A stretch of 64,000 nt of DNA from Octopus bimaculoides (lineage: Eukaryota): contig NC_069001.1 in NCBI RefSeq assembly GCF_001194135.2, forward strand, positions 33,329,652-33,393,651, given 5' to 3'. Shown piece after piece: positions 13,351 to 25,178 of the stretch. A program made the position numbers and the translations under genes. The number at the start of each line of letters is the position of its first letter. Positions within the stretch are counted from its first letter, which is position 1. Below the pieces are notes generated by a model. The model ran no database searches. It was not told the origin of the DNA and was given only the letters and a program-made list of their open reading frames with translations.

Positions 13351-15500
13351 TAACTGATAAATTATTGATATTGTTTATAGAGTACGGCATTGATAGATCA
13401 TTACATGTGCAAGCTGAAAAAATTATACTTTTGCTGTGACTTTGTACAGAAAGTAAAAATTGATATATCGGATTCTTTATTCATTTGGTATCTTTATTGA
13501 TTAATATATGAACAACAGTATATTTTTTGATATTTTATCAGATGAAGTAAGTTTATGGCAGTTAACAGAAAAAAAAAAATATTGGATTTTTGGAAGAAAT
13601 ATCAGAGAAAATATATGCAATTCATAACACAATATTTGAAAAGAGTTGAATATTGAAAGACATTATATTTGAGAGATATACTACATGAATGAATAATGTA
13701 GAATATGAAGAAAAATGAAGATATTTTTAGTGACATAAGAATTAAGTTGACAGAGTACATGACATTAATGAAAGCTTCACTGACAGATAACTGGCATCTG
13801 GACAATTCAGTCACTCCTATGGTAATATGAAATACACTATAACAATTGATGTGATTTATGCGATTACTGGTGTAGAACTTCTTTTCTGTCAATCTTCAAC
13901 ATTGTGCAGTAACAAAAGCAGTTTATATGTCAATGGTAATAAAATACTTCACTGTATTTAAACTAACTTGGTCCACATAATATTTAATAGTTAATAGTCA
14001 TGGACTTTTATATACTGAGTTCAAATGCAGTGAAGTTGCTAGGATCAAATACCAGTCAACTATTTGGTTTGCATAATTGTCTGTTACTTACTTCTAAAAC
14101 GTGTGGCCTTATACCTACATAACAAATCGATATTTAATGTCAGAAATCAATATTTAATATATTTTTAGCAACATTCTATTGCTTCCTCTGGTTGTAAATT
14201 TGCATTTTCTTCACCTGTTTTATTTGTCTTGGAATGTGAAAAATTCTGTAAATAACACAATTTTTACTGATTTATATCAGAGATTTTGACTAATGCAGGA
14301 GTGGTGAATTCCAAAATCATATCTAATTTTGCTTATTTTGTCAAACTTTATCAATTTTTTGTTACACAATATGCCACCATTTTTACAGGTTGCCATTAAA
14401 AGATACCCGATTACAATGACACTGTCCAATACATATCCTGGTATCTTAAAAGTTAGACTTATTCTTGGCTAAACAAGCTTTTGTAATGAAATAAACTGAT
14501 TTAGTAATATATAGTTGTTTTAATAATGTATAATATATTAATAACATGTAATATAGCTACTTTTGCATCGAAATAGTTAAACATCAATTAATTAGAATAG
14601 GACAAAACTGAAGCTGTTTTTGCAATTAGCTCCCCAAATATACCCAAAAATTGATCTGTTTTTAAAGGCACCAAAGTCCAAGGTTCGACCAGAGCATTGA
14701 ACATCAGTGCACAAGGGGTTACATTAGCACATAAAGCAATGCAGAATTTCCAAAACTGGGGCTGATAGATCAAAACTAATGACATATTTGAAATGATCAC
14801 CTCAAATATGCCTCAAAATAAGTTTAACTTTCAACGGTGTAGAGTGCTCTTCATTTTTCTTTTATTGGCCAGTGTAATCAATACAATACTTTAGGGTAAA
14901 ATCTGAAATTCAAAGAAACTGATAACAGTCTTTGTCAGCAATGATTACTCTATCAAAGAATTCTATAAGTTCAATTGTTGTGAAGAGTGGAAAGTATGAT
15001 GTTCTGGGGACCCTGCCTTTCACAGAGTTGAGATATTGTACTACCCACGATATATCTACCCATCCCTCTAGGTTCTGTTTTATGCTTCCCAAGATGCCAC
15101 TTTCCAGGTATTTTCTCCTCCACCCATGATTTTTGTTTAGCAGTTGTTCAATAGTAACATTAATTACATCAACTTCACACATGAGATAGGGTTTTGAAAA
15201 GGTTTTGCACACAGATCCTTCCTTCAGACTAATTTGTTAAAGAAATAGAAACATTTTGGTGTCACTTTGGTTATAAGCTAATAAATTCTTTCTTTTTTTT
15301 CTTCTTTTAGCAAATGATCTCACAAGGCTTGTGAAGATCTAAAAAGGGACTATGCTTATGACCTTCACAAGCCCTGTAGAGATTAGTGAGGTTGTAGCAG
15401 TTGATGTTCTTACTGAACAACTATGGTTGAAGAAACAATTTCAAGGAGGAGATTTTCTGGAAACAAAAGACATTCTATATTATTTACAATGGGAAGATAG

Positions 15501-16349
15501 GTGTTCTCATCTTGTTTGTTGTTAACACGTTTTGACTGAGCACAGTCTGTCTACCTTATGATAAAGGCTTCTTGGAAAAGATACAAAAGATAAGTGGTCC
15601 ACATGACATCAGGACAGTATTTAGAAGTGATACAACACTTCGAAAATATCTTCTCTGAGTAAAACCACCCACAGAAGAGAATATGACCAAAAACTGCGTG
15701 TACTCTATCCCATGCAATTGTAGTAGACTATACAAAGGCGAAACATACTGTCTCTTTAAAGTAAGGGTAGAGGAACATTGTAAAGCTGTGTCACAAGGGG
15801 ATGTTGAAAAATTGGGCATTGCCAATCATGTATGGAAAAATGGAGACCACCTCCTGCTGTGGGATGAAGTTAAAATAATCAGCAGAGAACACCACTGGAA
15901 AATATGAAAATTAAAAGAGGCTGCACATATGCTAGGACACAATAACCTCCTAAGCAGATCTAGTGCAGATATGAATGTAATATGGGAACCAGTATTAAGA
16001 AAAGATAAAATGCTAGGTTTATAAGCCCTAAAATTCACTCTATAATTGTCCAGGGGCATATAACATAGTGGATAAGAGCATGGGCTACTAACCCTAGAAT
16101 TCTAAGTTCAATCCCTGGCAGGGACTTGAAAAATAACATCAACAGAAAAAAAAAACATCAGCAACATACCTTAGGAATGAGAACAGTGTACCCCAGTAGT
16201 CAAATAAAGGGTTGAGTTTGAAATTCCACCAGAACACCTGATGAAGGCTGGAGAGTACATCAGCTGAAATGTGATAATAACAAACAAGATGAGGACGACT
16301 ATTCGTCCATTGTAAATAATGTACATAATTCCTCATCCTGAAAATATAG
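15501..16349 (+). mobile_element. Penelope-like element 3' fragment (GIY-YIG endonuclease plus terminal repeat; inverted terminal copy at the 5' end)
   Basis: KNCVYSIPCNCSRLYKGETYCLFKVRVEEH GIY-YIG motif with stops. 15501-15539 is the reverse complement of the 3'-terminal segment at about 16260-16296. A CTGATGA...GAAA motif lies in the terminal repeat. Confidence 0.88.
16233..16275 (+). ncRNA. Hammerhead-like relic in the Penelope terminal repeat (helix III missing)
   Basis: AACAC-CTGATGA-AGGCTG(gagagtacat)CAGCT-GAAA-T-GTGAT. Confidence 0.45.
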
Positions 16350-17686
16350 AAAATCCATTCTGGATATAATACAGAGCCAAGAGAGGCAGACATGTTATGG
16401 GTGATGAGATAAGAACACCAGTTTCTTTCTTTTCCTCACCCCAAGATAGAAGGAAAGGGCCCACAATAATAGGTTTTTTACTCTGGATAGTAACTGAACC
16501 TATCAATGCATTAATTTGCTTGGTTCTATTTATGCTTTATCACAAATAAATAATTTTTAAAAAAAGGCTATAAATCAATTCATTTGTATTTCACTTTGTA
16601 AAGCATATAAACTTCAATAGTTCCAGATTGTGGAAATGAAAAAAAAAATTGGCAAGAGGAGTGTTGTGGTTTGTTTGATGTATTGCAGAATATATACAAG
16701 ACAGGAAGGACTATGGTAATGGTAATGTAGATGGAACAAGAAACATCAATAATAGCAATAACAAAAATATTGAAATGTTAATTCAGAAATATTTAATTAG
16801 TCTTGATATTTTGGTTTAAAGTATAGATTAGTGAGGCATGAGATTAAATAAAAACTTGGCCTTGTGAAGGGTCCATTCATTGGAGATGGAAAAAGAAGAT
16901 AACATCCAAAATATTAGATTTTACTTCATTTCATGGCATGTAGCTTCTACATGATCTCTTGATCTGCTAGAAACAGTAGCCAAGCCTCTCTCAAACCATA
17001 CTCTACTATCTTAAAAGATAGGAAAAACATATTGGATGATGTAACCCTAGATGTACTATGTCAGAATAAAAAAAAAGGATGGGCTGGTCATGATTGGAGT
17101 ACATAGAGTTCATAGATCTACTTGATAAGGACTTACTTAGAGCTAAGCAACAGTCACAAGAACAACAACAGTAGCAACAGCAGCAGCAGAAGCAGCAGCT
17201 ATTTAGTTTTTATTATCAATGTGATTCCTGCTGATGCTGGCCATCTAACTTCCTCGCTCTGGTGACTGTCTTTAAAATTCTGCCTCATTGATTAACTTTC
17301 TGTTATTGATTATGTCTTTCAATACTGCATTGAAGTACACAGGAGAGAGAGTGGGGGGGGGAGAGGGAGGGAAAGAGAGAGAGAGAGGTGGGGTGGCAGA
17401 TGAATTGAGAAGTCTGAAGACAGAGTTTTCTTACTCTAACCAAACTGCCATTGACTATTTCATGTACCACTTGAAGAATAAGTCAGGGGTGGGAAAGGAA
17501 ATACTTCTCTCCAGTAAATGTATTGATATGTGACTGTCTGTAGAGAGTATACCCTGGTTAAATGGTTCTACTCTGAACATGTTGTAGACCACTGACATCA
17601 AATGTGAGATGGTACTAAACCAGAATCTGTGGAGTCCCTTGACCACCCCAAGATAGCTGTTCTTCTATTGAGATGATTTCCTTTAA

Positions 17687-17896
17687 CCCTTTAGCATTCA
17701 CCTTATTCTATAAAAATAATACTTATTTACACACATTGTTTAGAATTAATAATGCATTATCCTGTAGCTTTGAGATTTTGATGTGGTAACTGTTAATTTT
17801 TATAATGATATTGTAGGGTTGGTGTAAGAGGCTAGATCTGACCATAAAACAGGTAGAATATTTTGGCCAGATATGGCTGGTTTAAATGCCAAAGGG
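17687..17896. mobile_element. TTAA-type MITE, family 1
   Basis: TTAA|CCCTTTAGCATT ... AATGCCAAAGGG|T-TTAA; a reverse-orientation copy lies at about 24670-24888. Confidence 0.8.
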
Positions 17897-17901
17897 TTTA
17901 A

Positions 17902-18162
17902 CCTTTCATTACTATAATTACTTTTGAAGTTCACTGTTTTTGTTTCAATTGATTTTGAAAATAATGAAGAATTTAGTAAAATAACTTTCTCATTATTAGG
18001 CTGATGTTAGGAACATAAATTAGCACGAAATTTTGGCAGAAGCACTGATGATGCATCTCAGTGTAATCTATAAGATGTATCTTAGCACTCATATAGACCA
18101 CTCTAAAACATGTCTGTATCATATAACCAGAGGTAGTTCCAGGTAGGTTGGTATCAAAAGGG
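17902..18162. mobile_element. TTAA-type MITE, family 2
   Basis: TTAA|CCTTTCATTACT ... GGTATCAAAAGGG|TTAA. Confidence 0.7.
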
Positions 18163-19614
18163 TTAAATATTTATTTTGTTATGTCTGCTTTTTGTCTTGT
18201 TGTATTGCAGACCTATTTCCCATTCACAGTGCAACTCTACCCATTCACCCCTACTATTTTGTCCTTCACCCATGTGGCAATTCTGAAATCCCCAAAGAAA
18301 GCATTTTTAGGTCTATTTATGTCAGAATCCTGGCAAGAATGTCTGTAAAGTCTGCTTCTCCCAACCTTTATCTGCAATTAGAAACTCAAGAGATAAAAAC
18401 GGGGCATTTTTTCTTTTCAAGTCAGAATATTGAAAAATTATGACAAATGTTCACTAATTGGCAATGTTGCCAGCAAAAGCATTTTTATGCAAATCAGACA
18501 AACCAATTTAGCAAAGAATAATATATAGTGACTACAAATAGCTATTAGCACAATTTCTGTCTCTCTGACTGCAGATGGAGTGGGTGCATGGCCCATGATA
18601 ATGAATGCAATTAGAGTAAATATGTGTGATTAATTCCTCCTTTTCTGCTCCCAGAGGAATAAAAGAAGACATTTATTTAAATTTGTCCCCTTGTATTAGG
18701 CTGAGCATCACAATGATTGCTAAAATTTGCATTGTTTATCATTTGATGCATCTTACTATACATTTTAAATTATGTAACAGATGTATCATTCTTTTCTACT
18801 CAAGGCACAAGGCCCGAACATATGTATCATTAACAAATTAAGGTAAATAGTTCAGATATTATTGTCAATACTACCAAAAAATAAAAAATAAAAAACACCA
18901 GCAAAATAATGCTAATTCTTTCTTTACTGGTGAAAAGGTTTACATAAAATATATATTATATTCCCTGCATAGATTTTATAGTAGTGTATGTATATATATA
19001 TATATATATATATGATATATAATATATAATATAGAAGAAAATATGCAAAACAACACTAGCCTGCACACTGCATCGTTGCTTCCCCCTCCCCCCCCTCTAT
19101 ATACCCAGATTCTCTCCAGTCACCACATTCCCCCACTCCTGACTCACGATCCTTGGTAATACCCTGGCAGCATCTGCCATCATTCATCTCCCTCTTCCTT
19201 ACTCTACTATCCCATCTATGCCCAGGGTATATTTGCAAGTATACCCTGGCACTTGCTGTTGTCCCTCCCCTGCTCTTGCTGTCTCCTACTCTCTCTCTCT
19301 CTCGTTCCTTTGCTCTCCCCTCTACAGCAACAAACCTGTTTCTACCTTCATTCTTAATCATTCTGTCTCCTTTCTTTCCCTTGCTCTTACTTCTGGCTAG
19401 GTAGCCATGTATCTAATTTACAGCAGCACGCCTTTTTCTTGTTAATTCACACACACACTCTCTCTCTCTCTAGGTAACTGTTTCTGCACTCATTCTTGTT
19501 AACTTTTGCTCTCTTTCTCTCTCTCACTTTCTTTTCCTCTCTCTAACCATGGACCTCCACAATCAATGCCAGCATGTAAGGAGGACATTAAACGATGATG
19601 GTATATACATGTAT

Positions 19615-19955
19615 ATATTGTTGGCACTCCGTCGAGGGTTCCAGTTGATCCGATCAACGGAACAGCTTGCTTGTGAAATAAACGTGCAAGTGGCTAAGCA
19701 CTCCACAGACACGGGTATCCTTAACGTAATTCTCGGGGATATTCAGCGTGACACAGTGTGACAAGGCTGACCCTTTGAATTACAGACACAACAGAATCAG
19801 GAAGTAAGAGTGAGAGAAAGTTGTGGTGAAAGAGTACAGCAGGGTTCACCACCATCCCCTGCCGGAGCCTCGTGAAGCTTTAGGTGTTTTCGCTCAATAA
19901 ACACTCACAACGCCCGGTCTGGGAATCGAAACCGCGATCCTATGACCGCGAGTCC
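19615..19955 (-). mobile_element. CpG-rich tRNA-derived SINE
   Basis: Minus-strand tRNA-like head GGACTCGCGGTCATAGGATCGCGGTTTCGATTCCC with B-box; body homologous to the CpG-decayed copy at 11505-11830. Confidence 0.75.
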
Positions 19956-20599
19956 TTTTAAGCTAACTCTTGTGGAGGACTCATCATTAGACCTTGGGCC
20001 CAACAATGACACTTCATGCATTGAGTACATATTAAATTTTATTAAACCTCAACAATATTTCTCAAGCAATGAACAATTTTCATCAAAACATTGTGATACA
20101 TAGGGCAGGCAAAGGTTTAAAAGTAAAATTCACTTCCATCGGCGTCGTTTCTATAATACCGAGGTTCTGTTGAGTATAACTTAGCAAAATAACTAACATG
20201 TTTCTACGGTCATCTCACCTTGTTTCATCCCTGTTGAAAACCTCAAGGGAGCTGCTCCTTGTCACCAGACATGTTTGAATAGTAGCTAAATCTCCTTCAC
20301 ATCACAATCTTATTGTTGTACATCAAGCTATATTCACCGCTACGGTGAATATAGCTTGATGTACAAATAATAAAAAAATGAATAAATAAGATGGGATGGT
20401 CACGTTAGGACCTCTTTTAATCATAGGTCTGTTTCATGCTTGGTTGAGATAGAGATAAACCACAACTATGCAGAAGCCTCAACAGGATAACCTAGCTTGT
20501 TAAAAATAGCAGCCAAATTTCTTACAAATCACATGTACTGTATTTCTAATGAAAGGAAACCATCGAATAATATAGTGTCGTAGATATGGTTGAAAGGGC

Positions 20600-20947
20600 A
20601 GGATATGATCTATTATATCTAGTGCGGTATGTTGCCCGATGTCCTCCTAGTTCGAATACTTTGAACATGGGTCATCTTGACCAGCATTGACAACGTGCTT
20701 AAAGAAGCACCGACTGACATACCGCGTTTATAGCAAGGGAAGACAACTTCAATGTGTTACGAAGAGAGAAAGGAAGTAGAAGGGAAATAACTCTGAATAA
20801 CTAAACTTAAAGAAATAAAGCAATAATAATAAGAATTCTTCCAGAAGTAATTCAAATCTATTCTCGCGCCGAAACCGTGTCTTCATTCATAAATTCTGTA
20901 GAGATTCGAATTACACCAATCCATTGGAATATTGAACAGTTGCAGAA
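20600..20947 (+). promoter_or_regulatory. CpG-retaining promoter/5'UTR region of NUP37
   Basis: Local CpG enrichment (e.g. TCTCGCGCCGAAACCG, ACCGCG) against a CpG-poor background, immediately upstream of the ATG. Confidence 0.5.
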
Positions 20948-21094
20948 ATGATTGACATCAATAAAAGTTGTACCTACAACATTCAGATCGAAGATCTTGC
21001 TCGAGTTGTGGAGTTTTCTCCTTATGGATTATCCTGTAAATTATTGGCAATCGGCACAAATAGCCGCATTATTATTATCTCATGCCGTTTCCCT
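20948..21094 (+). CDS. NUP37: NUP37 coding exon 1 (MIDINKSC...SCRFP)
   Basis: ATG at 20948; 49 codons; donor GTGAGT at 21095, phase 0. EFSPY and LLAIG motifs resemble the Nup37 N-terminus. The seven exons total 981 nt = 326 aa + stop with all phases consistent. Confidence 0.9.
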
Positions 21095-22959
21095 GTGAGT
21101 TCACATATTTTTAATTTTGTGTTTCTAATTACATTTGCTTGTACTTGTTTGTTGTTTGTAATTAACTTAGACTTCATATTTATGAAGCGATGAGTTTTTC
21201 GTATACTGAGTTCGTCAGCGATTCGGGTTCGATTTTAGGCTAAAGTCGTTTTACCTTTTACACCATGCTGCTAATAACTTATGTTCCCTTATAAATCCGA
21301 ATCATCTTGTTCAAGCAAAGGAAATTAAAATAATAATGATAATAATGAAAGCTAGCGTTTTGGAAGATCGTTGGAACCTATGTATATCCCAATTATTGAT
21401 TTCTTTCGAAGCCGGTAAGCGTTTTTTTTGTTTTTTTTTTTAGAAGACTGAGTACCTTGTTAATCAACGTTGATTATGATTGATATTTATTCTGCTAACA
21501 ACCTGGTAAGGATTATTATACAATGTTGTGTTTGTGTCTGGTGTGCCGAGTAAACAAACACGAAGCAAATCGAAGCAATATAAATGTCTCAAATACTTTC
21601 TCTCTCTCTCCACACACACACACACACACACACACACATCGTTTGTACTTTAGTTTAATCGTTACTCATCTGAATGAGATCTGAAATTAAATGCGAACTC
21701 CCGGTGATAGATTTGCTTTTCTGTTAGTTGTAGTTTAGTTTGTGACTTTCCCGTCCTTTTATATATCCAGAACCACATTGTACAACATAACTTCCGATAT
21801 GATTGATTTTAGAGGGAGTTTGTTGCTATTTCTAGCCTGTCAGACAACCGTTTCAATGCATTGTTGTTGTTTATTATACTAATGACTTCTAGCATAGCTC
21901 TTCGTCCTCCATCAGGTAATTCTTACTATTCCATAATGTTGGTGAACGACGGGTATTTATGCCTCTTTAATATACTGCTTATATCAGCGAGTGAAAACAG
22001 AGATACCAAAAATTGGGTTTTTATAATCGGTGAGATTGTTGTCGTTTAGCCCCGGGTCAACTCTGATTAAGCAAACCTATGATCAAAGGCGTTCCCACTG
22101 TGACCATTCCTATCTGTACGTTTATCTATAACAATATTGGCTAATGTACCCTCTTTTTTTTTTCTTAATCTATGAGAAAGTTCATAGAAGACTGTGTTGT
22201 TTTTTGAAAAGCAGTAAAGCGGGATTTGCAGATTTGACTTCTGTTTTTAGCAGGTTGAACAACCAGACTGTTCCATGTAGTTCTTGACCTTCTAGAAATA
22301 ACAACCAGATTGTTACCAACTGTCTTAAATAAAGAAGGAGGTCACACCAAACAGTGTAGTCCCTCATACACTAAAAGACAGGATGGTTATAGCTGAAACG
22401 GCTTTAATCATCACTCTGCTCAATCATGACTGACCTAGAACTAAATATTAACTTGATGAAAGCTGAAGACTGTGCTGATTAAACTATTATCTTCTACTAT
22501 TGAATATCAAGGATATGTTATCAATAAAAACAACTTGTATTAATATGTCTGTCACATTTAAAGTAAATTACTGTCTCAAGTCCTAGGGCTCACAGGGGCC
22601 AGCTACCCAGTTTCTACGATGTATAAGTGACCAAGATCACAACATTCCCCTCTGCAACATCTGTTGCAAAGTTATTCCTTTATAGCTGAGTGGATTGGAA
22701 CAGTGTGAAATGAAGTATTTTTCTTGAAAACATAACACACTGCTCTGTCCAGGAATCAAAACCACAACCTAGCAATCATGATTGCAACACCCTCACCACT
22801 CGGCCATGTACCTTTAGGATTAATGATCCCAAATGTGATACAATCAAAAGATACAGTAAACAAGCAAACAGAAAGTTGTGTCTTCATCCCCTTCTCCTCA
22901 CTGACCTTTGCCAATAAATCAGATAATTAATTTCTTAGTTGATATTCATTAGCATGTTA

Positions 22960-23190
22960 AGGCAGTGAGCTGGCAGAATTGTCAGCACATCTGTCAAAAT
23001 GCTTGGTCTGTCCTTATGTTCTGAGTTCAAATTCCGCCATGGTCAGCTTTGCCTTTCATTCCTTTCAGAGTCAATAAAATAAATACCAGTTGAGCACTGA
23101 GGTCAAAGTAATTGTCTTATTCCCTTCCCTGTAATTGCTCGCCCTGTGCCAAAATTTGAAACCATTATTATTATTATTATTATTATTATT
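22960..23190 (+). mobile_element. SINE family B (GAGCTGGCAGAATCGTTAGC...TTCTGAGTTCAAATTCCGCC) with (ATT)n tail
   Basis: Homologous copies at 26225-26450, 34495-35110 (x3), 54465-54680 and 61885-62295 (x2) on +, and at 4940-5130, 7845-7990, 29300-29460 and 36520-36666 on -. Confidence 0.75.
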
Positions 23191-23550
23191 ATCATTATTA
23201 TTCAATATTCTTATTTTTATCACCTGCTTTCACTGCACTACCGAGCACAGTTATGTGTGCCTTGGGTATGTGCTGTGGTTTGTTTTGATGTTATTATTTT
23301 TATTTTATCGAAAGTGGTTTACATATGATACATGTAGTGTCAAGCCGTGTTATTTTCTGTATGTTATACGCACATATATATAAGTCCTGGCGTTATGCAT
23401 TTGTCTGTACATTTTTTAACCATATCTAATGTACCTATTATTATAGGAATTATTTCTATTTTCGGGCTCCATGTTTTGGTATTGTTGTTGTTGCTATTAT
23501 CTACATTATTATTGTCCAAACCTTTCAAATTTTCTTTTCTTTTTCAACAG

Positions 23551-23675
23551 GAAGAAGATGCAGAATTAAAAAACATAGAATATGAAGAATTACAAATATT
23601 ACAAGCCGGTTGTGCCATCACTGCTCTCAGCTGGAGTCCAGACACTTCTGTTTCTCATATCACAAATTTTATCAA
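23551..23675 (+). CDS. NUP37: NUP37 coding exon 2 (EEDAELKNIEYEEL...ALSWSPDTS...NFIK)
   Basis: Polypyrimidine tract plus CAG ending at 23550; donor GTATGT at 23676, phase 2; WD40-type ALSWSP motif. Confidence 0.9.
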
Positions 23676-24378
23676 GTATGTATCTTCACAGTCATTGATT
23701 AAGTGAAGTTTTAGAGACGAAAAACAATGGAGAATAATGTCCATGTGTAGGATTATAGCATTGTTAATTATTTCCAGCAAGTAATTTTTTGAGGGAGGGA
23801 GAAGGCTACAAAAGTAATATTGGACAGAGTCATAGTGCTAATAGGTAAAGTATTAGCCTGCCTGTTCATTTGTTTTAAGTTCATATTTACAGCAAACATT
23901 TCATTGTGTCTCTAAACCAAGATTGTTTTACTATGTGCTGATCAGTAACTGTTGAAGAATAGAAAGTAAAATCTTCTGAAATGTCTTATCATCATTATCA
24001 TCATCATCATCTAACATCTGTTTTCCATGGAATACCTCATGTGTAAATCCAGTCAAACTAAGAATAGATGGGTCAATCACTAACGATAGGTTTCAGTGCT
24101 GAGTTAATCTTTTAAGAAATGAAGTAATGTAGATGGGAGGGAATGAGATGGTTGGATAATATCCCTAATATCAGTTGGTCATGCTTGGGAATTCAGTGAC
24201 AAAGTGTAATGATGGTTACTTCTGATAGGACCTTATGGACAAGGTACCTGAGGACTCTACTCTGGCAGTCCTCCTAGGAATAGGGGGTAAAGAAAATGTA
24301 TAGATGGATGGATGAATGGAATATCACCAATATTTATTAATGTTTGTTTTGTTATAAATATTTTCTTTCTGCCACCAG

Positions 24379-24451
24379 GCTTGCTGCTGCAGGAATGGAC
24401 CATAACATAAGGCTTGTGTCATTTGACCTGAAAAAGGAACCAGTTGTTGAG
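24379..24451 (+). CDS. NUP37: NUP37 coding exon 3 (LAAAGMDHNIRLVSFDLKKEPVVE)
   Basis: TTTTCTTTCTGCCACCAG acceptor; GTATTG donor; phase 2 to 0; WD-type AGxDxxIRL motif. Confidence 0.88.
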
Positions 24452-24669
24452 GTATTGTATTATCAAAACTATTCCTTTATAACCGTTTAAGAGTGGAAGT
24501 TCACCCCATGTAGTCCGTCATGTAATCTTTCTATCTATCTCACTACTTTGTCCTTATACCCTATCATTCATTGCTTCTCCTTCTTTACTGGTATATTACT
24601 AGATTGTCTTCTGTTTTCCTGTCATTCTTTGACCCTCAGGTGTCCGTATCATAAATGGTCAGTCTTATA

Positions 24670-24888
24670 TTCTCTTTATCTTCTGACCATTTATCCAGCC
24701 CAAATATTCTACTTTTTTTATATTCAAACCAGCCAGATCCAGCCTCTCACATCTATCCTACAATGTCATTCTAAAAGTAAACAATCACATCATCAAAATC
24801 TCAAAGCCACAAAATAATGCAGGATTAATTCAAGGCAATGTGACTAAATAAGTATTACATTTGATAAAGTAATCTGAATGATAAAGGG
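24670..24888. mobile_element. TTAA-type MITE, family 1 (NUP37 intron 3)
   Basis: Ends AATGATAAAGGG|TTAA; reverse complement of 17687-17896. Confidence 0.65.
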
Positions 24889-24977
24889 TTAAAATCCTCA
24901 TTAAAAAAATGTATTTATAAATAGAAAACAATATGATTTCATTTCTTATTTCTGTCAATGTTGGAATTTATGTTCAG

Positions 24978-25178
24978 GAGCTGTCTGGTCATAAAAGCTT
25001 CATCAATGCAATTGCTTATGAACCAAATGTAGGGCAACAGCTTGCAAGTGTTGGTGATGATAATACCTGCAGAATATGGGAGACCAGTGGAGAGGAATCT
25101 AAAACGAAGGAAGTGTTGTGTTTTTACCTGATGTCACCAGGTGTCAGTGTTTGTTGGCACTATGAAGAACCCAAAAAG
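24978..25178 (+). CDS. NUP37: NUP37 coding exon 4 (ELSGHKSFINAIAYEP...GDDNTCRIWE...WHYEEPKK)
   Basis: TTCAG acceptor; GTAAAG donor; 67 codons; canonical GH...DDxTCRIW WD40 repeat. Confidence 0.92.

Noticed and set aside
18211-18760. Exon-like stretch after a TTGTATTGCAG acceptor; LIADKG motif on the minus strand
   Set aside because: No frame stays open with recognisable homology, and the single short motif is insufficient for a Harbinger call.
19222-19249. 10-bp hairpin CCAGGGTATA/TATACCCTGG
   Set aside because: Short, within an unclassified repeat-like region; no supporting context.
1-20600. PARPBP ortholog expected from human NUP37 synteny
   Set aside because: No convincing PARPBP motifs found in minus-strand translations.
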